Assembly (NCBI RefSeq): GCF_006345805.1
Contig: NC_043000.1
Span: forward strand, 27,280,001 to 27,344,000
DNA length: 64,000 bases
Reading direction: 5' to 3'
Origin: Octopus sinensis
Lineage: Eukaryota
Shown here piece by piece: positions 12,786 to 26,036 of this stretch; within the stretch, counting starts at the first letter, position 1, and each line of letters opens with the position of its first letter. The translations under genes and the position numbers were made by a program. The notes beneath the pieces are model-generated. The model saw only the letters and a program-made list of their open reading frames with translations, had not been told where the DNA came from and ran no database searches.

Positions 12786-12880
12786 TAACGGAAGCTTTAT
12801 AATATCAATTGTATATATTAAATATATAACGCTTCGAGCCTACGCTCTTAAAAAATGCGTGCAGTAGCTAACGAATCAAC
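12786..12880 (-). mobile_element. Deleted remnant of PLE-type pLTR family P1
   Basis: Retains GAGCGTAGGCTCGAA and GTTGATTCGTTAGCTACTGCACGCA shared with 42529-42731. Confidence 0.7.
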
Positions 12881-14146
12881 AATATGTATGTATGTATTTA
12901 TTGAACTTCGTTTTGCATGCATTTTAAAATGAAAACAAAGTGCGAAGAGAGGGGAAAAATTAATAGAATTGTATTTTTTTTCTCTTATTAAATGATCACT
13001 TTTTACTGAACAGCAACCAGAAGCGACTCCCTTCTGGATTCTTTTAGCTGTATCTCTTTTCTTTCTTCTCAACGTGTACATTGGCAGTATGACATTATAA
13101 GTAAATTGACAATTATAAAAAAGAGAATGCGAAAGAAATACTTAGTTGTACTAACTGAATTACCGTAAAGATGAGATGTTTGTGTGCTCGTAAAGCGGAT
13201 TTTCTCTCGTACTTCAAGACAAAAACTTGTACGCGTTTCGGTTCGCACAGCACATACTCGTACTGCGAGGTTCTACAGTATAATATTTTATATGCGTGTG
13301 TGCATGTGTTTGTGCATATATGTACGCAGACACACACACATACACGTAACAATTAAACACATATAAGACATATAAATATATTGAGGATTGTCATAAAATC
13401 GGATGACCTACTGTAAAATCAAACGAATAATTATTGTTTACTCCATTATATTTCGAGCAGCTTCAGGCACAAATTAATTGTTATATTTCTTTCATTATTC
13501 CCTTTTATAGATGTCATCCATCTTTTTTTTTAAATTCAATGAATTTAAAAGTACAGATACCTACCAAGTGATAAAATCACATAGTCGTATGACTCGAAGA
13601 TCTTTTTTTTTCTACTGCTGTTACAAAATATATATTTAAATATAATTCCCCACCCGAATATTTTATTTAATTTTTTTCTGTATTATGAGTTGCCGCCTCA
13701 CCATATAATTAATATTTCATTATTTGAAGAATTGTTTATCAAAATGCAGTGGGTATTAATGTATTTGGAGAACCAACATGTTTGTTTACAATTGTTTCTA
13801 GTTCATGGCTGTGTAAGTAACACCTGCCTGCATAAAATTGTATATCAGCTTACACTTTTAACGACATACTTTCTCAGATTTCAATTATGTATATGTATTA
13901 TGTATGCTTATTAATATAAAACCATACATACATACATACAAATGCATATAGGTAAGTATATAAGTGTATGTATGTGTGTTTATGTGTATATATATTTTTT
14001 TACACGCATTTATATCATGTATTTATTGTACATTATGTATATATGTAAAGATATGTCTATATACAGGCACATAATATAAGTATATAGTATATTCACACAC
14101 AAACACACACACATGTATACACACACACGCACACACACACATATAT

Positions 14147-14193
<47 letters not shown>

Positions 14194-14356
14194 TTAACAT
14201 GAGTATATATATGTAGCCATCACTTTATATCATGTATTTATTGTACATTATGTATATATGTAAAATATGTCTGTATACAGGCACATAATATAAGTATATA
14301 GTATATTCACACACAAACACACACACATGTATATACATATATATATAGATATATAT

Positions 14357-14395
<39 letters not shown>

Positions 14396-14422
14396 CATTT
14401 ATATATGCATATATGTATGTGT

Positions 14423-14467
<45 letters not shown>

Positions 14468-15059
14468 AATATACTTGTACATAGTATACATACACACAGA
14501 CACATATGTAAATATATACATGGACACTCACATAAATACACATATACATAGTACACATATATAGGCATGTATAATCTATATATATATATTTATTTATACA
14601 TATATATACGTACAATCATAAGCATATACATATACATAATTATATACATACATATATACATATTCTTAAACACACACAGACACACACACACAAGCACACA
14701 CATACATCTGATATAATGGTCTTGACGCAATACAAACGGACACTAATAATTATTTTCCTTACTAGGTAAAAGTGTTTTAGCTTAAGGTTGACGTCAAATT
14801 TCTTCTCATTCAATATATCGTAATTACCATCAATTTTCATGTGCTACGCATGAAAGCAAATAACGATAATCACTTCCGTACCTAAGGCGTGTTATTGACA
14901 CGATTAATTACAGAGATAAAATCTACTAACATAGCTATTTATTCGACTTACATTGTGCAGCTATCGAACCGAGAAATGGTGAAACCACCTTTCTTTAGAA
15001 GAAATATATCTAAGACTGAATGGAATATACTGGCATAAAATTAAAATGGAGCTGGAAAG

Positions 15060-15091
<32 letters not shown>

Positions 15092-15119
15092 CATATGTAT
15101 TCACCCACAAACACACACA

Positions 15120-15150
<31 letters not shown>

Positions 15151-15383
15151 CAACACACACACACACACACTCAAATACACACATCCATGTATTTAAAATA
15201 CACCTACTTTCTACTTTCATAGCTTCGCTAAATTTTTGTTTTTAACTAACTTCGTTGAATATATAGGTTTAAAACTGCCACTCATCTCTCTCTCTCTCTC
15301 TCTCTGTACCCCCTCTCTTTCTGCATGCTCTCCTTCCTCTCTGTATTCCCATCTCAATCTCTATCCGCCTCCCTCTTTCCCTC

Positions 15384-15453
<70 letters not shown>

Positions 15454-15967
15454 TGTGTGTGTTTGTGTGCATGTGTGTGTATGTATGGGTGCGTATGCCG
15501 TATATATACGTCCATGTGTGTGTTTGTGTAATCGCGTTTGTTTGTAAAATAGAACTTACCTTTTTAGACATGGAGGTAGAAATGATGCTGAAAATGTTTT
15601 TGGATTCTTTACAATGGTTCATTTAGGTTAACACTGCTTTCATAATATCATGATTTTCATAAACAGTTTGAGAAGGAGAGACGAGGAACTTTACAGTAAA
15701 TGCCCTTATTCTGACTGGAAGTTTAACAATTCCGAATTTTAGGGGGAGGGAGTTAATTATAGCACAAACTGCCATCAGCCGAGGTACGGTTCGACTGGAG
15801 TGACATAGTAACGAGCACAGGCATTAAATAAAGTTACTTTGTTTTGAGATCCGATCATTGGAGATCGCGTGACTGTATGAACGCTGATTGGGCCCGAAGT
15901 GAAGGCAGTGTTTGTCCAGTCAATGTATCCAGTTCATGTCCGATCAAATATTGCACATCATGTTTGT

Positions 15968-16387
15968 TATTTCTTTATTAACCACAAGGGGCGAAACATA
16001 GAGGGGACAAACAAGAACAGTGAAAGGGATTAAGTCGATTATATCGACCCCGACCCCAGTGCGTAACTAGTACTTAATTTATTGACCCGGAAAGGATGAA
16101 AGGCAAAGTTGAGCTCGGCGGAATTTGAACTCAGAACGTAACGGCAGATGAAATACCTATTTCTTTATTACCCACAAGGGGCTAAACATAGAGGGGACAG
16201 ACAAGGACAGACATAGGTATTAAGTCGATTACATCGACCCCAGTGTTTCACTGGTACTTAATTTATCGACCCCGAAAGTATGAAAGACAAAGTCGACCTC
16301 GGCGGAATTTGAACTCAGAACGCAGCGGCGGACGAAATACCACAAAGCATCTCGCCCGGCGTGCTAACATTTCTGCCAGCTCGCCGC
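15968..16387 (-). mobile_element. SINE family A dimer
   Basis: Same two-unit structure and GAAATAG|GTATTTC junction (~16157) as 1717-2134. Confidence 0.85.
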
Positions 16388-16454
16388 ATTGTTTCTGTAT
16401 CAAGTTATACGACAGAATAAACTATAACTGCCGCAAATGTATGTGTGTGTTAAT

Positions 16455-16680
16455 TTAGTTCTTTCTAATTTTGACGCAAGGCCAAAAACGTTTAAGGATA
16501 GAGGCAAGTCGATCATATAAATCCAAGTACTTGGCTTGTACACAGTTTTATTGACCTCGAAAGGATAAAAAGCAAAGTTCACATGGGCGGAATTTGAACT
16601 CAGGACATAAGGAGCCGGAAGAAATGATACCAAGTTGTACGGCTTAAGCTCTAACGACTCAGCCAGTTCAACACCTTTGC
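16455..16680 (-). mobile_element. Degenerate SINE family A (alternative tail, A2)
   Basis: GCGGAATTTGAACTCAG and GACCTCGAAAGGATAAAA blocks; tail CAAGGCC as in the 30306 and 57261 copies. Confidence 0.6.
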
Positions 16681-16769
16681 GCGTTAATTTACTGAGTGGA
16701 TCATGTCACAGAAGGAATAACAGAATGTCAGAGTAGAGATATATAACATACTGTCACTCGCATGCAAGC

Positions 16770-16915
16770 AAGGTGAGGCCAAAACATATTATATTTCGGC
16801 CGAAATACGATTAATGTAAGAAATAAAATAAAACTGAAGCAAATTAACACCAAATATATAGTGCGTGTGTTTTATTGGCTAAACTGGCAAAATGATCATC
16901 CCCAAATACAATAAT
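16770..16915. repeat. Dispersed repeat with an inverted homologue at ~19855-20020
   Basis: GAAATACGATTAATG...GCAAATTAACACCAAAT...GTGTTTTATTGGCTAAACTGGCAA is present in opposite orientation 3 kb away. Confidence 0.75.
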
Positions 16916-16967
<52 letters not shown>

Positions 16968-17810
16968 CATACATACATAAATATATGTATATCTATCTTT
17001 CTATTGTTTCCTATTCTGGTCACTCTAGAGTGCTACAGGTAGTATGTAACCTCCAAACCCCTGTTTAATACTCGGGTCGTCGCCTAATACACTCGCGAGT
17101 TCACCAAACCAGCTAACTGCGGAGGTGTGTTTGTTGCACATTTCAGGATAAAAGACATGAGATTAGTTAAGGAGTGGAAGAAACAGAAATCCGATTTTGC
17201 GCACATATGATTCGTTAACTGTTCCGTTTGAATGAAAGGGACATAACTAGATAGATCAAAGAATGTTGTCTGATACGTTACTCACTCTTGTCACCACTCG
17301 TCATTCTTATATGTTACTTACAACTGATTTCTTGCTTAGCTTTGGAGAAAATGATTATTTACACGACTTCTAAAAGTATCTATTTGTATCTCTCACACAT
17401 TAATCTTTATTTCTTATTTCTTTATTGCCTACAAGGGACAAACAAGGACAAATAACCTGTATTTTTGACTGGTTATCTAGATATTATTTCTTACTGCTTT
17501 GTCCTGTCCTTTCATGAAACAGACTTGCAGCTAAAAGTACGCCTTAAAAAGGATATAAAATAAACAAGAACTGGGTAAAAGCAGAAACAAAACCTGTAAC
17601 TAAAATCAGAATTATCAATATTGTCAACCGTAAGTTTTCATTTTACAAACGTAAACTGAACAATTACCTATGTTTCTTTCAAATCCCTACTGACGTGTGG
17701 GTCTTAGAGAAAGTACTCTGAAATCTGAAATCAGGTGTTTGGGTCATGCAGCCGGCAGCCATCTCGTAACTCTTGTCGCTAGATACCAGTTAATGATATG
17801 TAGTGAGTGA

Positions 17811-18227
17811 AAGGCGGCGAGCTGGCAGAATCGTTAGCACGCCGGGCGAAATGTTAAGCAGTATCTCGTCTGCCGCTACGTTCTGAGTTCAAACTCCGCC
17901 GAGGTCGACTTTGCCTTTCATCCTTTCGGGGTCGATTAAATAAGTACCAGTTATGCACTGGGGTCGATATAATGGACTTAATCCATTTGTCTGTCCTTGT
18001 TTGTCCTCTCTGTGTCTAGCCTCTTGTGGGTAGTAAAGAAATAGGCATTTCGTCTTCCGCTATGTTTTGAGTTCAAATACCGCCGAGGTTGACTTTACCT
18101 TTCATCCTTTCGGGGTCGATTAAATAAGTACCAGTTACGCACTGGGGTCGTTATAATCGACTTAAACCGTTTGTCTCTTTTTGTTTGTCCTCTCTGTGTT
18201 TAGCCCCTTGTGGGTAGTAAAGAAATA
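17811..18227 (+). mobile_element. SINE family A dimer
   Basis: Full unit followed by head-truncated unit from ~18044; 16-bp TSD GATAT(G/T)TAGTGAGTGA at 17795-17810 and 18228-18243. Confidence 0.9.
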
Positions 18228-19089
18228 GATATTTAGTGAGTGAGATAAGTGTTTCACAACTGTATGTCGATTGAAACCAATTAATGACGTAGAGATATCT
18301 CATTCCATCTTGTTCATCTTGTCTCTCAGGGCTTTAATAAAGTCCTGCGGCCATGGCTCATAGCTCATAGATGCACAGACATAGTCGAAATTGTCGAGAT
18401 TGCGTAGTCTGATATAGACGGTTATCATGTGTCATGTTGTAGAATTCATCATACGGCTGTGTATAATTTTGCGAGTGAGAATTTCAAAAACAATATTTGG
18501 ATGTTAGGTGAGTTGGTCAGATACTGTATTGTTTCGTTGAATTGGTGTAGCTTACACAATCATGGTTTCACTCTTAACGTCTGACAAAAACTCAAGACAA
18601 AGCGCGCATTATGTCCAACCAGCGAATTTGTGGTTACGAAGCGAACATCTAAATTATGTGGATTAATATGCCTTCGTTCGTACTTGGTCTCACATTGCAT
18701 CGAATAAATTATTGATTTGTGACTTTCTGGTAATCCAAAAGGTGATTCATTTAAAGCCACAATCTCTTTATATCTACTAATACAGTCAAATCTCGATAAT
18801 GAGCAATTCATATGAGGGCCCTGCTTATTTTATTCAGCACAATTACCCCCCTCGACCCTCCCAGGCATTAATGTTTTACCTGCTTCCACTTCCAACAAAA
18901 CATCAACACATAAGCAGATGATACAACTGTTCATTCTTCCCTAAATTTCCTCGCCTAATCCTCGTTCACATGCAATCAAGACAACTGACGCCAATTATGC
19001 CCTGCGGACAGAGAATCCCAATACACCCCCCTCACACACACACATACACACACGCACGCACAAACTCAGAAATGAATTGATATATTATG

Positions 19090-19126
<37 letters not shown>

Positions 19127-19274
19127 AGAGAGAGAGAGAGAGAGAGAGAGTCGGAGAAAAATAGGGAAGAAGAAGATAGATAGATATGTTTCTTTATTAG
19201 CTACACAGGGCTGCAAATAGATTGATTGATAGATTGATAGATAGATGGATAGATAGATAGATAGATAGATAGAT

Positions 19275-19368
<94 letters not shown>

Positions 19369-20030
19369 AAAACATGATCAGAGATTGCCAAAACATATTA
19401 TAGACTGCTAAGTTCACGGAATCAACCTTATACTTCAGTTCAAAATAATAAAAATAAAGTCTGTTTCGTTTTAAGTGTTAATGATAATTTATGGCTTAAG
19501 CTTGCAAAGGTTATAGCTTAATCACATATTTATTGCTTACTTAATTCAAATATACCATATAAAGTTTCTTTATGTATAGATTGTCGTAAAATTAGAAGGA
19601 TTGTAAATTTTATCTCCAATAGTTTTACTTTCCATTATATAAAAAGGTTTGAGCTCTTTTAAAACAGTTTGGTTTTACGATATTTCATGGCGGCATTCTA
19701 GAAATTACACTTCACTGTTAGTAATTGAATATTAGTTTATGAATAGCTATATGGTGATTTCGCCTGAATAGATGAAGTTATAAAAAAATACAAAACAAAA
19801 GAAGCTCTCTATAAAGTTAATTATATATATATATACATGTTTATATGTTCGATTTGCAAGATTCTTGATGTGAAATCGTGTGTTGAAACAGATATTGTTG
19901 TATTTGGGGATGGTCATGTTGCCAGTTTAGCCAATAAAACACACGGACTGTACATTTGGTGTTAATTTGCTTTAGCTTATTTTATTTTTAACATTAATCG
20001 TATTTTAGCCGAAATACGTTTAATACGATT

Positions 20031-21493
20031 AATGATAAGGATATCGGGATGGAATTTGGGATTACCAAATGCTCAGTACTTAATATGAAAAGAAGGAAGA
20101 AAGCGACCTGCAGAGGATTGCGGTGACCATCAGGAGAGACCGTTGGTCAACCCAACCGTAGTGAGTATAGATATTTAGGGATTTTGGAGCTGCATGACAT
20201 TCTACACAGAGAAATGGAAGTCAATATCAGCGAAGCGTATCAAATAAGGGTGAAGATGGTGTTGAAATGAAACCTGAATGTCAAAAATTTGATTACCGCA
20301 ATGAATATCTGGGCAGTTGCGGTGGTCAGATATAGTGCGTCCGTCCTCAAATGGACTAAGGAGGAAATATCAACAGTGGGTAGAAGGACGAGAAAGTTGG
20401 TGACGCCGCATGGGGCGCTATACCTTAAAGCAAACATAAACAGACTGTATATGAAAAGAAAGAATGGTGGCAGAGGAATAATTAGTAGACACCATTTTAT
20501 AAGGAGTGAAAGGAGAACGCTTGCCGAGTATTTGATAAATAGTGATGCAGACCTGCTGCAATATGTCGCGAAAGATATGGGTGTAAATGTAGATGAAATG
20601 ATGGACAAGGAAGAGTTTAACAAAAGAGCTCAGAAGAGAAAAGGAGACCTTTTTGAAATGAGAATGCATGGACAGTTTGAAAGGAATACACAAGACGTTA
20701 AGGATAATGCAGCATCGTGGGCATGGCTTCACCGAGGTGATTTGAAGCGTACCACCGAAAGCCTGATCATTGCTGCACAGGACCAGGCTCTCGCCACCAA
20801 TTCAGTGAAATATAACATTTGTAAAACTTCTGACACCCAGAAATGCAGACTTTGTGGAAAGAGTGTAGAAAATATGACCTACTTGGTAAGTGGATGTGAG
20901 AGCCTTGCACAAAAAGAATACAAGCACCACAACGATAAGTTTGTGTGTATCTTCATTGGCTCATATGCCGTAAATACAAATATGAAGTAACAGAGAACCA
21001 GTACGAGCATGTATCAAGTAAAGTTATGCAGCAGAATGAAAAAGTAATGGTACTCAGGGACTATGATTTTCAGACGGATGGTGTAATCGAACACTGTCGA
21101 CCGGATATTGTCATATTCAATAAGAGAGACAACTACTGTCAGATCATTGATGTAGCCATACCAAATGAGATGAATGTTGTGAGTAAAGAGGTTGAAAAAA
21201 AATCACCAAGTACTCCGAATTGAAAATGGAAATGGCAAGACTGTATGCAATGCGAAAGGGTAATGTAAATGTGATACCAGTGGTGGTCGGATTGTTGGGC
21301 CCAATTCCATTGAAATTTCAGAACTTCTTAAGGCAACTGGAAACCCCATGCCAGATTGATGTCTTGGAAAAAGTAACATTATTGGGCACAGCGCGCATGT
21401 TAAGGAAAGTATTATCTGTCTGAGGTCCTTGCTGTGACTTGACAGATGACTAAAGACTCCAGTGCACTTTTATCTACACTGTTACGGACTAGA

Positions 21494-21494
<1 letters not shown>
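20031..21494 (+). mobile_element. 5'-truncated R4/Dong-like non-LTR retrotransposon (RLE type), disrupted
   Basis: DIGMEFGITKC, YRYLGILE, RLYMKRKNGGRG, ESLIIAAQDQAL, CRLC..ENMTYLVSGC zinc knuckle, RPDIVIF..CQIIDVAIP nuclease motif, LLGTARMLRKVL; ends in (AAT)n. Confidence 0.92.
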
Positions 21495-21528
<34 letters not shown>

Positions 21529-21546
21529 TAATAAATACTACTACTA

Positions 21547-21584
<38 letters not shown>

Positions 21585-21673
21585 ACTACTACTACTACTA
21601 CTACTACTGCTACTACTGCTGTTGCTGCTGCCACTACTACTACTACTACTACTACGACTACTACTACTACAAC

Positions 21674-21713
<40 letters not shown>

Positions 21714-21775
21714 GATAACAACAACAACAATAATAATAATAATAATTATTATTATTATTATAATAGTAGCTGATT
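21495..21775. repeat. Compound trinucleotide microsatellite AAT/TAC/TGC/AAC/ATT
   Basis: Direct reading. Confidence 0.95.
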
Positions 21776-22260
21776 GGGAGTGTTATCATGTACGTTGTGT
21801 TGTCTAGAGCAAATATTTTGCTCCAAACCACAGATTTGCTTGTCAGTTTTTTAAACTTAACCAGTTGAGCATATCTCTCAGTAGCTAATGATATGTGCAT
21901 CTCTGATCACGAACAGAATCTGTGGACGGGGGGATCATAGCCATGTATTGAGAGGAATTCTTTGGGGTTTGGATAAGTCACCTGTAGAAACATGGGTGTT
22001 TCGTTCAACATCCTTAAACAACCCTTATTCAGCGACCTTTTCAGCGGGATGGGCTAACGAACCCCAAGACAAATTTAACTGGGTCCCACCTGCACGGTCA
22101 TGCGCCGTTAATCTTTATATGAGATCACCATGTCGCTCACATGTTGTTGTGAAGCATGTGCCTGGTGCACCCTTATCAGACGGGTAGTCATGATGGATGT
22201 ACTGGGCTTCGTATATTTTACCCCAGTGTAACTTTGATGGCATACAATGCTCTCTCACTC

Positions 22261-22320
<60 letters not shown>
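21776..22320 (+). mobile_element. (AAT)n-tailed non-coding retroelement segment (possibly a LINE 3' UTR)
   Basis: 3' end TACTGGGCTTCGTATATTTT...CACTC-(AAT)n recurs at 57640-57790. Confidence 0.6.
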
Positions 22321-22769
22321 CCTCGGATGGCATCAATAGACATTTTAAAGTATCATTCCGCTCGTTTCCACCAATCGCATGTTTCTTAAGATCATAGTAC
22401 AGTCCGTGGTATCCACGGACATTGGCTAGGTCATGTTCATGCATTCATTTCTTCAGGCCATTTATGTATGTATGCATGTATGTATGTATGTATGTATGTA
22501 TGTATGTATGTATGTATGTATGTATGTATGTATGTATGTATGTTTGTAAGTATGTATGTATGTATGTATGTTCTAATGCATGTATGCATATATGCATGTA
22601 TATATGTCCATTGACGCAGGCGCGGCGGTAAAGACTTGGGTTGAGTTCCGCTGCGTGTTACTTTCGGCATTTATCGTCTACTACACCCCCCCCCCATTCG
22701 AATCGTCCAAAGGCTTGTACGTACATTCGGAAAATGGAAACTGGCAGAAGCCCTAGTCGAATAACGGAT

Positions 22770-22939
22770 TTATAGAAATATGCTTTAATATTCAAGCTGC
22801 AAGAACATCTCAAAAATTTCACAAAAATCTGCTACTCAGAATTTCAAGTTCGCACTCGTCTGTGAGTTGTGATTATGAATGGGGCAAGAATTCTCGTCCC
22901 ATTCTTAATCACAACTGTCAGACGAGCGCGAACGTGAAA
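22770..22939. mobile_element. Degenerate pLTR with fold-back and decayed hammerhead cores
   Basis: Arms 22842-22883 and 22898-22939; minus strand CAGACGA-GTG CGAA CTT-GAAA-TTCTGAG-TA-GCAGATTTT resembles the 23535 family. Confidence 0.55.
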
Positions 22940-23346
22940 GTGCCAAGCTTTAAAACAAATAAGTCCTGGGGTTGATTTGTTCGGCTAATACCCTTCCAGG
23001 GGGTGCCTCAGCATGGCCGCAGATAAATCATACAAGGCATAGACATAGATAGACTCGCATACACCCATCCCCCCACACATACACACACATGCCTGCATAT
23101 CACGCACACACAGGCAGATACACACATGTATATATATATATATAACTGATGAGAACACTGGCCGGATTACTTAGAGACCCGACCTATTGAGTTCGCTCTG
23201 TGTCTCATTTGTGAAAGCAAACATACACTTACAGATGCAGACTTATGCATACATAGATGCACATACATACTTACATATATGCACACACATGCATATATAT
23301 ACGTATATATATTTCATAAATATGTATGTGTGTGTACCTATGAATA

Positions 23347-23378
<32 letters not shown>

Positions 23379-23480
23379 GACCGGAGTAACCACATAAATG
23401 TGAAACAAGATGGAAAAAAAGAGTACTCAAATACCAGTGGTAGAGTAATATGCTTTATTTAAAGCAGCAGAAAATTCAAC

Positions 23481-23528
23481 AAAATCTGTTACTCTGAGTT
23501 TCTCGTTGCCGTTCATCAGACAGGTTTT
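23481..23528 (-). ncRNA. Minimal type I hammerhead ribozyme motif
   Basis: AAAACCTGT-CTGATGA-A CG GCAA CG A-GAAA-CTC A GAG-TA-ACAGATTTT; predicted GUA cleavage. Confidence 0.8.
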
Positions 23529-23534
23529 GCTAGA

Positions 23535-23581
23535 AAAACTGTCTGATGAACGGCAACGAGAAACTCAGAGTAACAGATTTT
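23535..23581 (+). ncRNA. Minimal type I hammerhead ribozyme motif
   Basis: AAAACTGT-CTGATGA-A CG GCAA CG A-GAAA-CTC A GAG-TA-ACAGATTTT; predicted cleavage after A23572. Confidence 0.8.
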
Positions 23582-24106
23582 GTTGAATTTTCTCCTGCTT
23601 TAAATAAAGTATATATATATATATATATAGGTTGTCATTTTTTATCTATTGAGTTTGGCGACCGGGTATAATTATCAGTTAGGCCACGTTATATCACTTC
23701 TGATTCTATATTTCTATATAGAAAGATCATCGCAATTATTCTCCGATTTTTGAAATATCGAAGTTTCTTCTGACCTTTATAAACTTGGCAATAGCTATAT
23801 CCATATAGACACAAATGTACATATTTAAGGAGATAGGCTATCACGAATATACGTATATCTGCAGTTCAATAATGGTATTTCCATATTTGTAGTAACTTAT
23901 ACAAAAGGGTATTTCAATGATAGAATCGGTAGATTGTCTGACAATATAACTCACAGGTCACAACATTTGGTTGCATCACTTTACGTTCTGTTTTCAAATT
24001 TCGCAGCCAGAGCCGTTATATCGTATTCTCTTGAGGGTCAGTAACTGTGTATACATTATTGTCTATAATTGCATCACAAATTTTGTGGTTTTGTATTAGT
24101 GTTAGG

Positions 24107-24385
24107 GTGGAGACACATGGGCTAGTGGTTAGAGCAGTGGACTCGCGGTCGAGGGATCGTGGGTTTGAATCTCAGACCGGGCGATGTATGTGTTTATGAG
24201 TGAAACCCCCACGCGGCTCCGGCAGAAGGTAATGACTCTTTCGCCACAACTTTCTCTCACTCTTTCCTCCTGCATCTTGCAGCTCACCTGCGACGGACTG
24301 GCGTCCTGTCCAGGTGGGGAACCTATACTCGAAGGAAACCAGGAAACAGGCCACTATGAGCCAGGCATGGCTCTAGAAGGAACAA
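24107..24385 (+). mobile_element. tRNA-derived SINE family C with a V-SINE-like central block
   Basis: Head GGGCTAGTGGTTAGAGCAG...GGGTTTGAATCTC; block CCTGCGACGGACTGGCGTCCTGTCCAGG. Confidence 0.7.
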
Positions 24386-24589
24386 GCAAAAATACAACCA
24401 AAAAATGTAGTGTGAGGAATCATATTTCACGCACGATAACATTAACGTTTATAACTGAAATAACATTTTGCGTTGCTGTGTATTTATAAATTATTCGGCA
24501 CATATAACTGGATATCGCTGTTCTTCAACTCTCCCTAACATCCTGCTAAATATCACTCACATATACCATCTCGCTACTCTTGCATACCC

Positions 24590-25000
24590 GTTGTGTTGAT
24601 GACCCTAGACGATGAAGTAGACTAGCCCAATACGTAGATATAGAGGGAGAAGTCTAGACGTCGAGTAGAGTATTAGAGTAGGTTAAGTAGAAGTCATCCG
24701 AACGTGTGACATAACTGGCGGCGAGGATTTCGTAGCTCACACAGCCACGGTGTAGTATTGCGATATAACAATACCATTATGATTCTTGCTGATCTGAAAG
24801 AGAAAATCCGTTCCACTATTTTATGTCTACAACTAATTTCCTCAACCTCAGTAACATTTTACATTTATTTTCTACACTTTCAATCATCATCTATCAACAA
24901 CTAAAGACATCACATTCATCTTCATCCCTAATTCCAGAAGACGTTCTTTGTCAGGACAAAATCCTATAACAGGCCGATTTAAAGATCAACAGCTGTATTT
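24590..25000 (+). mobile_element. Possible decayed gypsy-type LTR end, PBS and gag remnant
   Basis: ...GTGACA-TAAC-TGGCGGCGAGGAT (~24706-24728) resembles a TGGCGACGAGGA-type PBS; weak gag-like reading IYQQLK...PEDVL. Confidence 0.3.
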
Positions 25001-25271
25001 TGGGAAACGTCCACCATCTCACGAAGAACCTTTGAAAATATTTGAAACCAAAGAATATATTTCAGCGCGGAAGGAAGGCTTAAGAAGTTTTCTTTGCTAT
25101 TTTACTAATGTATAGATGCGAGCTAAAATCCTCAACAATTGTTAGGTAAAGGTTTTGACACGTCTCTGAATGGCTGTATTATTTGTTGTTGATTAGTAAC
25201 AAAGACGCATTCTTACGTCTCGATGCTTACAAGTAATGACTGAACGTTGATGACTTAAAAAGAGCTAGTCT

Positions 25272-25945
25272 ATAATAACGAAATTATTGTATATAGTGCT
25301 CAGGCGCACCACAATTTGTCAAAAGTGCGTATAAAGCATATGCAGTAATGTACAAATGTCTGGGAAGTGAACAGTGTATGAGTCAGATACATGCTTGCGT
25401 GTGTATGGAGGGGAGAAAATCAGGTGTAGTTTTGGCGAATCTCAGGAAGCATGGAAGTTTTGGAGGATGCAATGCTCCGACAACTAACAACTTATGCCGG
25501 CAGTTTGTTCCATACTTCAGCTCTTAGCGTGAAAAAGTGTTTCCGAAAGTCATAGCTGTGCTGTTTTCTGACTTTGTAAACATGTCCACGGGTGTTAGAC
25601 AGATGGAATTTGAAAAGGTGCTCAGAGTTATTATTAGTAAGATGGTTAATACTTTTATGGGTGTCTGCCAAGTCAGCTGCCAGACGTCAGAGTTTACTGT
25701 ATCCATGTCAAGGGAAGTAAGGCGTTCAGAATATGGCAAAACCCCTGATGGATGGCATTCTCTTGGTTGCACGTCGCTGAACGGGTTTCCAAACGATTAA
25801 CATCCTAGGCAAGATAGGGGTTCCAGACCGGTGATGCAAATTCCAGGTAAGGCCGCAACATAGCTATATAAAGCCTGAGATAGATAGCCGGAGAGCGGCT
25901 CACAAAGGACTTGGTAAATGATGCCAAGACACCCTCAACCTTTTT
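25272..25945 (-). mobile_element. 3' fragment of a second CR1-group LINE
   Basis: LYIAMLRPYLEFASPVWNPY, LPYSERL.SLDMD, NTRGHVYK, FRKHFFTLR..WNKLP; 3' UTR ending AATAATTTCGTTATTAT. Confidence 0.9.
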
Positions 25946-26036
25946 TCTTTCTGTGAAAGAAAAAAATGGTAAAACAGGTCAGTACTTACCACAACAGAGT
26001 TTTAACAAAGCTTTACATTTTACTTTTGACAATCTT

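Noticed and set aside
17811-17900. tRNA gene at SINE heads (also 24107, 31359, 48567, 55391)
   Set aside because: A/B-box-like motifs only; no full cloverleaf, and each continues into SINE bodies, several with TSDs.
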